46,477 nt of DNA, from the NCBI GenBank assembly GCA_964537235.1, contig CAZHZQ010000003.1:1-46477 (forward strand). Reading direction: 5' to 3'. This stretch comes from an uncultured Actinomycetota bacterium (GTDB taxonomy: Bacteria; Actinomycetota; Nitriliruptoria; Nitriliruptorales; JAHWKO01). Shown in pieces: positions 9,071 to 16,753 of this stretch. The notes under the pieces are model-generated. The model was not told the DNA's origin. It did no database searches and saw only the letters and a list, made by a program, of their open reading frames with translations. A program made the position numbers and the translations under genes. Every line of letters starts with the position of its first letter. Position 1 is the stretch's first letter.

Positions 9071-10270
9071 ATGCTCGAGGGGACGCTCGACACGTTCACG
9101 CTGCCCGACATCTTCCAGCTCCTGGCGTTCACGAAGAAGACCGGCCGCCTGCACCTCGACCAGGATCACGCGGCGGGGCGTGTCTGGTTCAAGGACGGCG
9201 AGGTCTTCTACGCCGTCGCGAGTTCGGGGCGTCTGATGCTCGGCAAGCGGCTCGTCGGGGCCGGTCTCGTCAGCACCGACCAGGTCAAGGAGGCCCTCCA
9301 GACGCAGCAGGACCGCCAGGGCATGCGTCTGGGGCGGATCCTGCTCGAGATGGGCGCCGTCGACGAGGAGACCCTCAAGACCTTCGTCCGTGAGCAGATC
9401 CAGGACTCGATCTTCGACCTGATGCGGTGGTCGGAGGGCAACTTCCGCTTCGAGCACCCGATCGAGACCGACGAGTCGATCGGGCTGTCGGTGTCGACCG
9501 AGAACCTGATCATGGAGGGCTCGCGTCGCCTGGAGGAGTGGGACTCGGTGCGCAAGAAGGTCCCTGGGCGCGACGCGGTCGTGGACATGGCGCCGGCGCC
9601 CGGCGAGTCCGGGGTCGAGGTCAACCTCAAGCCCGAGGAGTGGCGTCTGCTCGCGCTGGTGGACGGCAAGCGCACCGTCGGTGATCTCGTCGATCTGTCG
9701 GGCCAGGGCGAGTTCATGACCTGCAAGCTGCTGTACGGCATGGTCGGCGCCGGCCTGTTGGAGGTCCGCGACCCGGATGTGCACGGCCCCACGTCGATCT
9801 CCGCGCTGCTCCAGCAGCAGGAGTTGCTCCGTCAGCTCGAGGAGGAGGACGAGGCGATCACGGAGCCGCTCGGTCCGCAGGAGGAGTCACCCGAGATCGT
9901 CGGTGCGGAGGCGGTCGAGGCGGATCCAGGCATCGACGTCCCGGGCATCGACGTCCCGGGCATCGACATCCCGGACGACGACGTGTTCGAGACGGCCATC
10001 GAGCAGGCCGGAGACGTCGCCGAGGAGGCGCAAGAGCCGGCACAGGAGCCTTCAGAGGAGCCGGCACAGGAGCCTTCAGAGGAGCCGGAACCCGAGGCGG
10101 AACCCGAGCCCGAAGCCGATCAGGAGGAGCCGGTGGGCGCGGACGAGTCCGAGGCCGAGCCGTCCAAGCACGAGCAGGCGCAACGGACACCGGACAAGCG
10201 GATCAAGACCGACCCGTCGGTCGATCCTGAGCTCCTCGATCGGTTGATCGAGGGTGTGAAGGGTCTGTAG
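9071..10270 (+). CDS. DUF4388-like domain protein with internal MshEN-like repeat and acidic low-complexity C-terminus
   Basis: LEGTLDTFTLPDIFQLL..KKTGRL..G.VWFKDGEV N-terminus; LMRWSEGNFRF, ENLIMEGSRRLEEW; EEWRLLALVDGKRTVGDL helix-turn-helix-like segment. Confidence 0.8.
   Translation: MLEGTLDTFTLPDIFQLLAFTKKTGRLHLDQDHAAGRVWFKDGEVFYAVASSGRLMLGKRLVGAGLVSTDQVKEALQTQQDRQGMRLGRILLEMGAVDEETLKTFVREQIQDSIFDLMRWSEGNFRFEHPIETDESIGLSVSTENLIMEGSRRLEEWDSVRKKVPGRDAVVDMAPAPGESGVEVNLKPEEWRLLALVDGKRTVGDLVDLSGQGEFMTCKLLYGMVGAGLLEVRDPDVHGPTSISALLQQQELLRQLEEEDEAITEPLGPQEESPEIVGAEAVEADPGIDVPGIDVPGIDIPDDDVFETAIEQAGDVAEEAQEPAQEPSEEPAQEPSEEPEPEAEPEPEADQEEPVGADESEAEPSKHEQAQRTPDKRIKTDPSVDPELLDRLIEGVKGL
9926..10088 (+). 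repeat. Intragenic tandem repeats: 15-bp x3 (PGIDV/I) at 9926-9970 and 24-bp x2 (EPAQEPSE) at 10034-10081
   Basis: CC(A/G)GGCATCGAC(G/A)TC x3; GAGCCGGCACAGGAGCCTTCAGAG x2. Confidence 0.85.
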
Positions 10271-10863
10271 TGGTGCGAAGAGGTCGCATGCGCGGGGGAT
10301 CCGGACGGACGGTGAAGATCGTCGTCGCGGGTCCGTTCGCGGCGGGGAAGACGACGATGATCCGCACGATCAGCGAGATCACCGTCCTGTCGACCGAACG
10401 CGAGATCAGCGACCACACCAAGAAGCTCAAGGCCGAGACGACCGTGGCGATGGACTTCGGTCGGATCACCGTCGGCGGGGATCTGGCGCTGTACCTGTTC
10501 GGCACCCCCGGCCAGGAGCGCTTCGACTTCATGTGGGAGATCCTGTCCGAGGGCATGCTCGGCTACGTGCTGATCGTGGACATGGATCGCGACGACTCGC
10601 TCGAGGAGGCTCAGCGGATCCTGGGCTTCTTCAAGAACGTGGCCGACACGCCCTACGTCATCGCGGCGAACAAGATCGACGGCGGGGTGCAGGACGGTCT
10701 CGGCGACCGGCTGCGCGAGCGCCTCGGTGTTCCCGACCACATCCGCGTCGTGCCCTGTGATGCTCGCAACCGCGAGAGCGTCAAGAACGTGCTGCTGAAC
10801 CTGCTGCTGGTCGTCCGGGAGTCAATCACCCACGAGCGGGAACTCGTCGGGGAGGCCGGATGA
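10270..10863 (+). CDS. Small Ras-like GTPase (MglA/CvnD-like); start may be ATG 10288
   Basis: KIVVAGPFAAGKTT, TTVAMDFG, LFGTPGQERFDFMW, ANKID. Confidence 0.9.
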   Translation: MVRRGRMRGGSGRTVKIVVAGPFAAGKTTMIRTISEITVLSTEREISDHTKKLKAETTVAMDFGRITVGGDLALYLFGTPGQERFDFMWEILSEGMLGYVLIVDMDRDDSLEEAQRILGFFKNVADTPYVIAANKIDGGVQDGLGDRLRERLGVPDHIRVVPCDARNRESVKNVLLNLLLVVRESITHERELVGEAG

Positions 10864-12533
10864 TGCGTCAGCTCGGCGAGGTGCTGTTGGACGAGGGTCT
10901 CATCACCGATGAGGACCTCGAACAGGCGCAGGAGGAGCAACGGCGGCTCGGCAAGTCGCTGGGGCGCATCCTCATCGACAAGGACCTCGTCAGCGAGCGC
11001 GATCTGGTCAGCGCCCTGTCGAGCCAGATCGGGATGAAGTTCGTCGATCTCGCGGAGGTCGACATCGACCCGTCCGCGGCGGCGACGATCAGCGACACGA
11101 TCGCCAGGCGCTACAACGCGCTGCCGATCCGCTTCGAGGACGACAAGCTCGTCGTCGCGATGAGCGACCCGGCCAACGTGTTCGCCATCGACGACATCCG
11201 CACGATCACCGGGTTGGACGTCAAGCCCGTCGTCTCGACCCGGGCCGACATCGGTGACGCGATCAAGCGCTTCCACCGGATGACCGACGACTTCGACGAC
11301 GTCATCTCCGACATCCCGGGCGAGGCGGAAGAGGAGGAACAGGACCTCTCCAAGGTCCGGCAGGTCGTCGAGGACGCCCCGATCGTCAAGTTCGTCAACC
11401 TGCTGATCACCCAGGCGGTGAACGACCGGGCTTCGGACATCCACATCGAGCCGGGGGAGCGCGAGCTGCGCGTCCGCTACCGCGTCGACGGCGTGCTGCA
11501 CGAGGTCATGCGCAGCCCCCGGTCGATCCAGTCGGGGGTGATCTCGCGGCTGAAGATCATGGCGGAGATGGACATCGCCGAGCGGCGGATCCCGCAGGAC
11601 GGGCGCATCGGACTGGTCATCGGCGGCAAGCCGATCGACCTGCGTGTCTCGACCCTGCCGACCGTGTTCGGCGAGAAGGTCGTGATGCGGATCCTGGACA
11701 AGTCCTCGGTGCTCCTGGAGCTCAAGGATCTCGGGTTCCTGCAGCACAACTACGACCAGTACGAGGAGTCGTTCCGCAAGCCCTACGGGATGATCCTGTG
11801 CACGGGTCCGACCGGGTCCGGGAAGTCGACGACCCTGTACGCGACGCTGAACATCCTGAACCGGCCGGAGGTCAACATCGTCACGACCGAGGACCCGGTC
11901 GAGTACCGCCTCAACGGCATCAACCAGGTCCAGGTCAATCCGAAGGCCGGCCTGACGTTCGCGTCCGCGTTGCGCTCGATCCTGCGTCAGGACCCCGACA
12001 TCGTCCTCGTCGGTGAGATGCGTGACCGGGAGACCGCCCAGATCGGCGTGGAGGCGGCGCTGACCGGCCACCTCGTGCTGTCGACCCTGCACACCAACGA
12101 CGCCCCGAGCGCCGTCGTGCGGCTGACCGAGATGGGGATCGAGCCGTTCCTGGTCGGGTCCGCCGCGGACTGCGTGCTGGCCCAGCGGCTCGCCCGTCGG
12201 CTGTGCGGCAAGTGCAAGGAGCCCTACCAGCCCAACGAGGCCACCCTGGTCGAGGCGGGCTTCGACGAGTCCGTCATCGACGCATCGCCGGAGGTGTTCC
12301 GCGCCGTCGGCTGCACGGCCTGCGGCAACACGGGGTACCGGGGGCGCCTCGCCCTGCACGAGGTCATGCCGGTGGGCGAGGACATCGAGCGCCTCACCGT
12401 CGAGCGGGCGTCCTCCGAGGAGATCAAGCGCATGGCCGTGAAGAAGGGCATGACGACGCTGCGCAAGGACGGGCTCGCGAAGGTGCTGCAGGGGGACACG
12501 ACGATCGAGGAGATCGGTCGCGTCGTCATCTGA
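10860..12533 (+). CDS. pilB: Type IV pilus/T2SS assembly ATPase (PilB/GspE family) with N-terminal MshEN-like domain
   Basis: ASDIHIEP, RYRVDGVL, MDIAERRIPQDGR, Walker A GPTGSGKSTTLY, EDPVEY, LRQDPDIVLVGEMRD, TGHLVLSTLHTNDA, CxxC...CxxC zinc motif. Confidence 0.9.
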   Translation: MMRQLGEVLLDEGLITDEDLEQAQEEQRRLGKSLGRILIDKDLVSERDLVSALSSQIGMKFVDLAEVDIDPSAAATISDTIARRYNALPIRFEDDKLVVAMSDPANVFAIDDIRTITGLDVKPVVSTRADIGDAIKRFHRMTDDFDDVISDIPGEAEEEEQDLSKVRQVVEDAPIVKFVNLLITQAVNDRASDIHIEPGERELRVRYRVDGVLHEVMRSPRSIQSGVISRLKIMAEMDIAERRIPQDGRIGLVIGGKPIDLRVSTLPTVFGEKVVMRILDKSSVLLELKDLGFLQHNYDQYEESFRKPYGMILCTGPTGSGKSTTLYATLNILNRPEVNIVTTEDPVEYRLNGINQVQVNPKAGLTFASALRSILRQDPDIVLVGEMRDRETAQIGVEAALTGHLVLSTLHTNDAPSAVVRLTEMGIEPFLVGSAADCVLAQRLARRLCGKCKEPYQPNEATLVEAGFDESVIDASPEVFRAVGCTACGNTGYRGRLALHEVMPVGEDIERLTVERASSEEIKRMAVKKGMTTLRKDGLAKVLQGDTTIEEIGRVVI

Positions 12534-12602
12534 CCGGCGTTCGACGACGCTCCGTGGTCACGTCGGGTCATCTGGCCACGCTTCGTTGCCGGCTCACGGG
12601 CT

Positions 12603-12643
12603 ACTAGTGCGTTCTGGCCACCGAGGTTGACACCGGTGTGTCA
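12603..12643 (+). promoter_or_regulatory. Upstream motif of peptidase 1: ACTAGT-N18-TTGACACC, overlapping a TGACAC-N4-GTGTCA palindrome
   Basis: Same ACTAGT...TTGACACC arrangement occurs upstream of peptidase 2; TTGACA is a consensus -35 hexamer; palindrome at 12628-12643. Confidence 0.4.
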
Positions 12644-12709
12644 TGACTACCGTGAGCAGCGCTGCGCATACTCGTCGTGATGTCGCTGCCGCGCACAGGA
12701 GAACCGTCT

Positions 12710-14377
12710 GTGAGGACCGCCACCGTGTCCCAACCGATGACCAGGATCCGTGGCCTGCTCGCCGCGGTGACCGCCGCTCTGCTGGTGGCGGCGATGACGC
12801 CGGGTTCGACCTGGACCGCCTCCAGCGCCGGGGCTGCCACAGAGAACATCGGGGGCGGTGCCGCGGTCGTCGTGGACCGGGCCGTGGACGCGGCAGCGCG
12901 GTCGGCTGGGGCGGTGGAGGTGATCGTCCGCGCCTACCCGGAGCGGGTCCGCGAAGCTCACCACGCCGTGACCCGGGCGGGTGGAGAGGTGCTGCGTCCG
13001 CTCCCGATCGTCGATGGGTTCTCGGCCCGACTGACGACTGGCGCGATCGAGCAGCTCCGGCGTTCCGGCAGCGATCTGATCCGCGTCATCACCCTCGACG
13101 GCCAGGTGCGTTTCAACCACGACGCACCCGAGGGTGAGGCGTACAACGACTCCTCCTTCGTCGAGACGATCGGGGCGCATCGGCTCCACCGCAAGGGCGT
13201 CGACGGTGCCGGTGTCGGCATCGCCATCATCGACACGGGGGTGTCTGAGGTCGCCGACCTGCGGAGTCGCATCGTCGGAGGCGTCGACGTGACCGCCGAC
13301 GGGGACGGGGTCGACCGCTACGGCCACGGCACATTCGTCGCCGGGGTCGCAGCCGGCTCGGGGGTGTCGTCGGACGGGGAGCACGCGGGCGTCGCACCCG
13401 GGGCGCACATCGTCCCGGTCAAGATCGCGAGCGCCAACGGTGCGGCCGATGTCTCCCACGTCCTCGCCGCGATCCAGTGGGTCGTCAGCTTCAAGGACGA
13501 CTACGACATCGAGATCCTGAACATGTCGTTCGGGACGGACTCCACCCAGTCGTACACGCTGGATCCGCTGAACTACGCCGTCGAAAAGGCGTGGGACGAG
13601 GGCATCGTCGTGGTGGTAGCTGCCGCGAACGACGGGCCGGAGGCCGGGACCGTCTTCAAGCCGGCCGACGACCCGATGGTCATCACCGTCGGGGCCACCG
13701 ACTCCAACGGCACGGTCAAACGGGGCGACGACATCGTCGCGGACTTCTCTTCACGTGGGCCCACCCGTGCGGACGGGCTCGAGAAGCCGGATCTGGTCGC
13801 GCCCGGTGCGCACACGATCGGTCTGCGTTCGCCCGGCTCGACGATCGACAGCTCGTACCCGCAAGCACGCGTCGGAGACCACTACTTCCGCGGATCCGGG
13901 ACATCGTTCGCGACCGCCGTGACCTCGGGTGCGGTGGCGCTGCTCAAGCAGCTGTACCCGGGCTGGACCCCGGACGACGTCAAGGGCGCCCTGTTCAAGC
14001 TCGCCGCCGACGGTCCGGTCGGCGATCCGAACGTGGACGGCAAGGGCGCGCTGGACGTGCGCTGGGCCGACCAGATCGACAACACCGGTCTGAGCCAGGC
14101 GGGGATCACCCGCAGCACCGGCTCCGGGACGATGGACGCATCCCGCGGCAACCTCGTGATAGAGATCGAGAAGGACCCGGTTGCCGGGCTCCTGGACGTC
14201 CTCGACGGTGACTACACGGCTCAGGACCAGCTGTTCGACTTCCTCGAGTACACCACCACCGACTGGAGCGCTGCCAACTGGTACGAGAGCCAGTGGACGG
14301 CGGCGAACTGGTACGCGGCGAACTGGTACGCGGCCAACTGGTACGCGGCGAACTGGTACGCGGCCAACTGGTACTGA
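12710..14377 (+). CDS. Secreted S8 (subtilisin-like) serine peptidase 1 with C-terminal AANWY pentapeptide array
   Basis: GTG 12710 after RBS AGGAG (ORF open from 12677); signal-peptide-like N-terminus; I9-like prodomain; triad motifs IIDTG, HGTFVAG, GTSF; oxyanion AAAN; KPDLVAPG; tail TTDWS-AANWY-ESQWT-(AANWY)x5-stop. Confidence 0.92.
   Translation: MRTATVSQPMTRIRGLLAAVTAALLVAAMTPGSTWTASSAGAATENIGGGAAVVVDRAVDAAARSAGAVEVIVRAYPERVREAHHAVTRAGGEVLRPLPIVDGFSARLTTGAIEQLRRSGSDLIRVITLDGQVRFNHDAPEGEAYNDSSFVETIGAHRLHRKGVDGAGVGIAIIDTGVSEVADLRSRIVGGVDVTADGDGVDRYGHGTFVAGVAAGSGVSSDGEHAGVAPGAHIVPVKIASANGAADVSHVLAAIQWVVSFKDDYDIEILNMSFGTDSTQSYTLDPLNYAVEKAWDEGIVVVVAAANDGPEAGTVFKPADDPMVITVGATDSNGTVKRGDDIVADFSSRGPTRADGLEKPDLVAPGAHTIGLRSPGSTIDSSYPQARVGDHYFRGSGTSFATAVTSGAVALLKQLYPGWTPDDVKGALFKLAADGPVGDPNVDGKGALDVRWADQIDNTGLSQAGITRSTGSGTMDASRGNLVIEIEKDPVAGLLDVLDGDYTAQDQLFDFLEYTTTDWSAANWYESQWTAANWYAANWYAANWYAANWYAANWY
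14270..14374 (+). repeat. 15-bp coding tandem repeat (AANWY): one copy at 14270-14284 and five tandem copies at 14300-14374
   Basis: GCGGC(G/C)AACTGGTAC x5, preceded by GCTGCCAACTGGTAC; all differences synonymous. Confidence 0.97.
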
Positions 14378-14387
14378 GAAGGGCACC

Positions 14388-16616
14388 ATGGGAGGCATGA
14401 GATCTCCTGGAAGTCGCCGCATGGCCCCGTTCGTCTCTGCCATGTGCGGGACCGGCGTTGCCGCCGCCGGGGTGGTCTTGCTCGTCGGTCCGCGCGGTCC
14501 TCTCGATCTGCCGAGCGTTGCTGCGCTCTTCGCTGCGATGGTGGTGAGCATCTCGGTGCCGCTGAGGCTGCAGCGACGAGGAGAAACGGCCGGGTTCACG
14601 CTCGAGGAAGCCGTGTTCGTCGCTGCCCTGTTCGTGCTCCCCTGGGGCACCGTGCCTGCCCTGACAGCGTCGGCGGCCTTGGTCGGACACGGACTGCGAC
14701 GTACGGATCCGATCAAGGTCGTGTTCAACGTCGGCCAGGTGGCGTTGTGGTCCGCGGTTGCCACAGCGGTTTTCGCTCTGATCGGCCCGGGAGAGGCTGT
14801 TCTCTCCCCCCGGTCGTTGCTCGCGGTGGTGGCGGCGACCGCGGTGGTCAACCTCACCAACGTCGGCGCCCTGGCGGAGTTGTTCCGTCGACTGCACGGG
14901 CGTGCCCGACTGGACACCTTCCGGGACCTGGCTCGACTTCACGTGGTCATGTGGCTCGGGAACACGTCGTTCGGTCTTCTCCTCGCGTTCGTGTTCGAAG
15001 AGGACCCGTTCGCCGCGGTCCTCGCATCGACCCTCATGATCGGCCTCTACCTCGGCTACCGGGGGTACGCGGGTGTGCTCGAAGAACAGGAGCGGAACGA
15101 GCGGCTCCACGACGTCACGCAGACGCTCGCATCCGCGACCGGGTCGCGGGATGCACTCGGTCGCTTCCTCCGTCAACTGGCCAAGCTCTTCAGCGGGGAA
15201 CGTGCCGAGCTGGTCGTGGTCCTCCGGGATTCTGCGCGTTACCTCGGGGTCGGCGCCGCCGGGGAGCTCGAGGACCGGACGGGCCACGACCCGCCCCGGA
15301 TACTCGATGAAGCGCTGCACGGTGGGCGCGCGGTGCTGCACCGCGAGGTGGACGTGGAGGAGAACCACCGGGACGCGCTCGCGGCCCCCTTGATCTTCGA
15401 GGGGAAGACGATCGGGGCGGTCGCGGTGTACGACCGCCACGGACTCGAGCCCTGGGCCGCGAACGACGTGAAGCTCCTGGCCAGTCTCGCGAACGAAGCG
15501 GCCGTCGCGGTCAAGAACGTGGAACTCGTCGCGGATCTCTCGGAGGAGAGCCGCAAGCTCGGCAACATCGTCAGCGCCGCGTCGGACGGCATCGCTCTCG
15601 TGGACGAACACGGCCGGGTGGTCACGTGGAACCCGGCGTTCGAACGCATGACCGGACTGCGGTCGCACGAGGTGATCGGCCGTCCGTGGGGCGACGCCCT
15701 CGTGGTCGAGGACGAACGGTCCCGCGATGAGCTGGTGACGGTGATGCGAACTGTCATGGCTGGGCGGTCGGTCGACCTCCCCGTGGACCTCCACGTCGCG
15801 CGCTCGTCCGATGACCACCGTTGGCTGCGGTGCACCTTCGCCTCGGTCGATCCGGACGACGGCGGGGGTGACGAAGCGACCGGCGTGGTGCTCATCGCCA
15901 GGGATGTCACCCGCGAGCGGGAGGCGGAGGAACTCAAGACCGACTTCCTCGCCACGGTCTCCCACGAGCTGCGCACCCCCCTCACCCCACTCAAAGGCTT
16001 CCTGGCGACGGCCGAGAGCCGCTGGGACGAACTCGACCGCGAACAGCTGCGCGAGATGATCAGCGCGATGCGGCGACAGGTGGACCGACTCGAGGCGCTC
16101 ATCGCTGACCTGCTGACCGTGTCCGAGTTCGACCGCGGTTCGACGCCGATGAGCACGTCGGAGATCGACCTGACCAGGACCGTCGAGGACGCGATCGGGA
16201 TGCTGCCGGTAGCTGCGGCGGGCCGCGTCGAGATCGACGGCGACCCGTCGGTCCGTGCGGTAGGTGATCAACGGGCGGTGCAACGGGTCATCCGTGCGCT
16301 GACGGACAACGCGCTCAAGCACACGAACGGCTTGGTCACCGTCACCGTCGCCCGTCGTGAACGAGAGGCGACGGTCTCGGTCTCCGACGAAGGGCCGGGC
16401 ATCGGGGAGTGGGATCGCGATCGGATCTTCGAGCGCTTCGGCCGTCTGGGTGACCACCTGACACGGAACCAGGGCCCGGGTCTCGGCCTCGCGATCGCCA
16501 AGCGCTTGGCGGAACGGCTGGGCGGGCGGCTCGAGCTCGAATCCGAGGTGGAGACCGGATCGACCTTCGTCCTCATCCTGCCGACGGTCGCGAGCGTGGA
16601 GATGAGCGCCCGCTGA
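14388..16616 (+). CDS. Membrane sensor histidine kinase 1 (multi-TM sensor + GAF + PAS + HisKA + HATPase); start may be 14397 or 14421
   Basis: About 7 hydrophobic segments with a KVVFN motif; GAF (LAAPLIFEGKTIGAVAV); PAS (DGIALVDEHGRVVTWNPAFERMTG); H-box VSHELRTPL; DNALKH, DEGPGI, IFERF, GLGLAI. Confidence 0.92.
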   Translation: MGGMRSPGSRRMAPFVSAMCGTGVAAAGVVLLVGPRGPLDLPSVAALFAAMVVSISVPLRLQRRGETAGFTLEEAVFVAALFVLPWGTVPALTASAALVGHGLRRTDPIKVVFNVGQVALWSAVATAVFALIGPGEAVLSPRSLLAVVAATAVVNLTNVGALAELFRRLHGRARLDTFRDLARLHVVMWLGNTSFGLLLAFVFEEDPFAAVLASTLMIGLYLGYRGYAGVLEEQERNERLHDVTQTLASATGSRDALGRFLRQLAKLFSGERAELVVVLRDSARYLGVGAAGELEDRTGHDPPRILDEALHGGRAVLHREVDVEENHRDALAAPLIFEGKTIGAVAVYDRHGLEPWAANDVKLLASLANEAAVAVKNVELVADLSEESRKLGNIVSAASDGIALVDEHGRVVTWNPAFERMTGLRSHEVIGRPWGDALVVEDERSRDELVTVMRTVMAGRSVDLPVDLHVARSSDDHRWLRCTFASVDPDDGGGDEATGVVLIARDVTREREAEELKTDFLATVSHELRTPLTPLKGFLATAESRWDELDREQLREMISAMRRQVDRLEALIADLLTVSEFDRGSTPMSTSEIDLTRTVEDAIGMLPVAAAGRVEIDGDPSVRAVGDQRAVQRVIRALTDNALKHTNGLVTVTVARREREATVSVSDEGPGIGEWDRDRIFERFGRLGDHLTRNQGPGLGLAIAKRLAERLGGRLELESEVETGSTFVLILPTVASVEMSAR

Positions 16617-16643
16617 CACGAGAGCGCCCCTCCGCGTCAATCG

Positions 16644-16678
16644 TGACTAGTCATCATTGGTCGGGTGGATTTGACACC
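16644..16678 (+). promoter_or_regulatory. Upstream motif of peptidase 2: TGACTAGTCA palindrome / ACTAGT-N19-TTGACACC
   Basis: Matches the motif upstream of peptidase 1; perfect 10-bp palindrome at 16644-16653. Confidence 0.4.
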
Positions 16679-16753
16679 TGGGGGCTAGGTGCGACGCACC
16701 GTGGTTGGTCGACACTTGTAGTGGTCGTTCCCCATCTGCCCTGGAGGTACGCG

